Shown in pieces: positions 61,834 to 64,000 of a stretch of DNA of 64,000 nucleotides. Positions within the stretch are counted from its first letter, which is position 1, and each line of letters starts with the position of its first letter. Made by a program: the position numbers and the translations under genes. The stretch is from Paragordius varius. Taxonomy: Eukaryota > Animalia > Nematomorpha. The notes under the pieces are model-generated. The model saw nothing but the letters and a program-made list of their open reading frames with translations. It was not told where the DNA came from and did no database searches. The stretch is taken from positions 7,812,001 to 7,876,000 of the forward strand of contig OZ176051.1 in the NCBI GenBank assembly GCA_964247055.1, given 5' to 3'.

Positions 61834-64000
61834 CAGTGATACTCAAACCGCGGCCCGCGGGCCGCATGCGGCCCTAAGAGTGCTTTAATATTGCCCTTTG
61901 ACCATATTGATATTTATATTATTTTTTAAACATAAACGAATCATCGATTATTTTAATATTAATATATTTTCTTTAGATTTAATTTTGGTAGTTTTTATTT
62001 TTTACCCAATTCAAAATGTAGAAAAATTTCCCTACATTAAAATAATTTCAAAATTTTGGCACAGTTTCTGTTTCTGTATTCTATTTTCTTTTCTATTTTA
62101 AAATTTTTATTGCATTCCTTTTTGTATTTAAGCAAGCCTTTCACCCAAACTTGCATATCCATAATCTTTTCATAGTTATGCCTCATTTTTAATAACTTAT
62201 TCCCATAAAATATTTTTCAAATAAACATCATTAAATGTCAACTTGTTTTTTTATAGCGTAATTTAAATTATATTTCTATTTTTTGAAAAAATTTACATAA
62301 TATTTAAACATAAATTCAAAAGATGACATCTAATGCTAAAAAACGAAAATTATCCGATCAAAATCGCCCTTTAAAAAAGAATGGGAAGAAATATTTTTTG
62401 TCGTTTAAAATAAAAATGTTGTTACCTACCTTATATGTAAGGACAAATTATTATAAAAAAATAAAGAATTTTACAACCCATTTTTCTCATAAATTACCAG
62501 AAAATCATGAGGAAAAACGAAAAATATAAAAAGATTAAGGAATTATACCAGAAAGGAAAATCTATTATGTCCATAGCTTTCTCCCAGAAAACAGTTGTAT
62601 AATTAGCTTCGTATGATATTTGTTATATTTTAGGAAAAAATATGAAACCGTTTACCCAACTGAAAGAATGTCTAATAAATGGTTGCACTTTTTCATTTGA
62701 TAAATTCCATATAAAGATCAAATCATGAGGCAAATTAAGAAACTTACTTTCTGCAACATGTGCTCGACGCATTGAAGATATGTCTAAATATATTTTTAAC
62801 AATACATTATTGGCTCTAAAAAACTGTAAATATTTTAGTAATGCTATTGATTCTAGCACTCATATTAGTACAACACTTCAATGTGCGCTCTTCGTAAGAT
62901 TTTGCAACGACAACATAGACAACGATAAATATTTAAAATTACCAATGAATAATACCACGAAAGGAAGGGATTTTCCCGAAATAATTAACACTTTTTTCGA
63001 TTGTAATGGTATATCTATGAATTGGTTTCGATCTGCACAGATGGCTGTCCCTCTATGATTGCAATAACCAAAGGATTTTTATTCCTCTTTTGAAAAACAA
63101 ATATAATTTACAAAATATTTTATCCTTTCACTGCTTTATTCATCAAACTTGGTTTCGCGTTCCCTCAATTCAGTAATTAAAACGGTTATGGATATAGTTA
63201 ACCACATCCGTGGCAGAGAACTTAACCGCCGTAAATTGAAAAACCTTCTGAAAGATATCCACAGTCAGTTTGATTATATTCTTTTGTACACCGCTTTGAG
63301 ATGGCTAAGCCTTAGCAGAGTATTATATAGATTTTTTCTTTTAAGACATGAAATTCTATTTTATAAAAGATAACAGAAAGTTTGACGAGGAAATTAATAG
63401 TGACATATGGTGGGTTTTATTAGCCTACATTTGCGACATTACAGATAAACTTTTTTAATACGTCGTGGAAGCAAAATAATAACCCAATTTGCAAATAAAA
63501 TATCTTTTAAATATTAATATTATAAACTAAATTTATAAATTAAACACTCCCATATCTTCCAACACTTAAAACGATTTATGAAAAAAATATGGAATTTACC
63601 ACGGAGATTAATTTAATAATAGATCATCTAACATTTTTATCTAATGATATAATTCAGTAAGATATATTAGCTTAAAACTCGTTGAAAATCCATGGCATAT
63701 GGATATATTCAATATTAAACAACTTGAGCATTTCGGTTTTAATCAGGCGCATATCATTGAAGAATTCGTAGTAAATGATTACAATTTGGAGGCTATATTT
63801 AGGGAAAATCTTAAAGAATAAAGATATGTGGAGTTTCATAAATAAAATATGTCAAGAATACATACAGAAACTGCTTAACCGATGATCATATGGACGACGT
63901 ATTAAGATTGGCCTATCATGAGGTGAAACCAAATTTGTCAAAAAATATTGGTTAATATCAAAATAAATGTTGTTATCGAAATATTTTAATTTTTTAAATT
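61834..64000 (+). mobile_element. Second hAT (GTF2IRD2/SPIN-like) copy with decayed transposase; runs off the right edge
   Basis: TIR CAGTGATACTCAAACCGCGGCCCGCGGGCCGCATGCGGCCC. Fragments FSNAIDSSTHISTTLQCALFVRF, TTKGRDF, VKTV-like VIKTVMDIVNHIRGRELNRR and LLYTALRWLSLSRVLYRF match this transposase family. Confidence 0.9.

Overview
AT-rich (roughly three-quarters A+T by eye) eukaryotic, almost certainly animal, genomic DNA; the species cannot be determined from the window. Manual splicing of the ORF fragments gives seven genes: profilin (-), a LysM+TM protein of the LYSMD3/4 type (+), an ~830-aa orphan with many dibasic sites (-), HELLS/LSH (-, 15 exons, 806 aa), FKBP12 (+), SCCPDH (-, 12 exons, 445 aa) and a divergent 7TM receptor (-). 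The rest is dense with transposable elements: RTE LINEs, hAT elements and a derived MITE, TTAA/piggyBac-type MITEs, Tc1/mariner MITEs and a Mos1-like relic, a tRNA-derived SINE and a possible Helitron. Highlight 1: ultra-short GT-AG introns of 22-27 nt. Their removal restores the reading frame of five conserved genes, they sit at gene 5' ends, and they coexist with ordinary and multi-kb introns. Highlight 2: a full-length RTE LINE with a 14-bp target-site duplication that starts exactly with an HDV-like ribozyme fold and lies in sense orientation inside intron 3 of HELLS. All gene models and homology calls come from manual reading, not from database searches.
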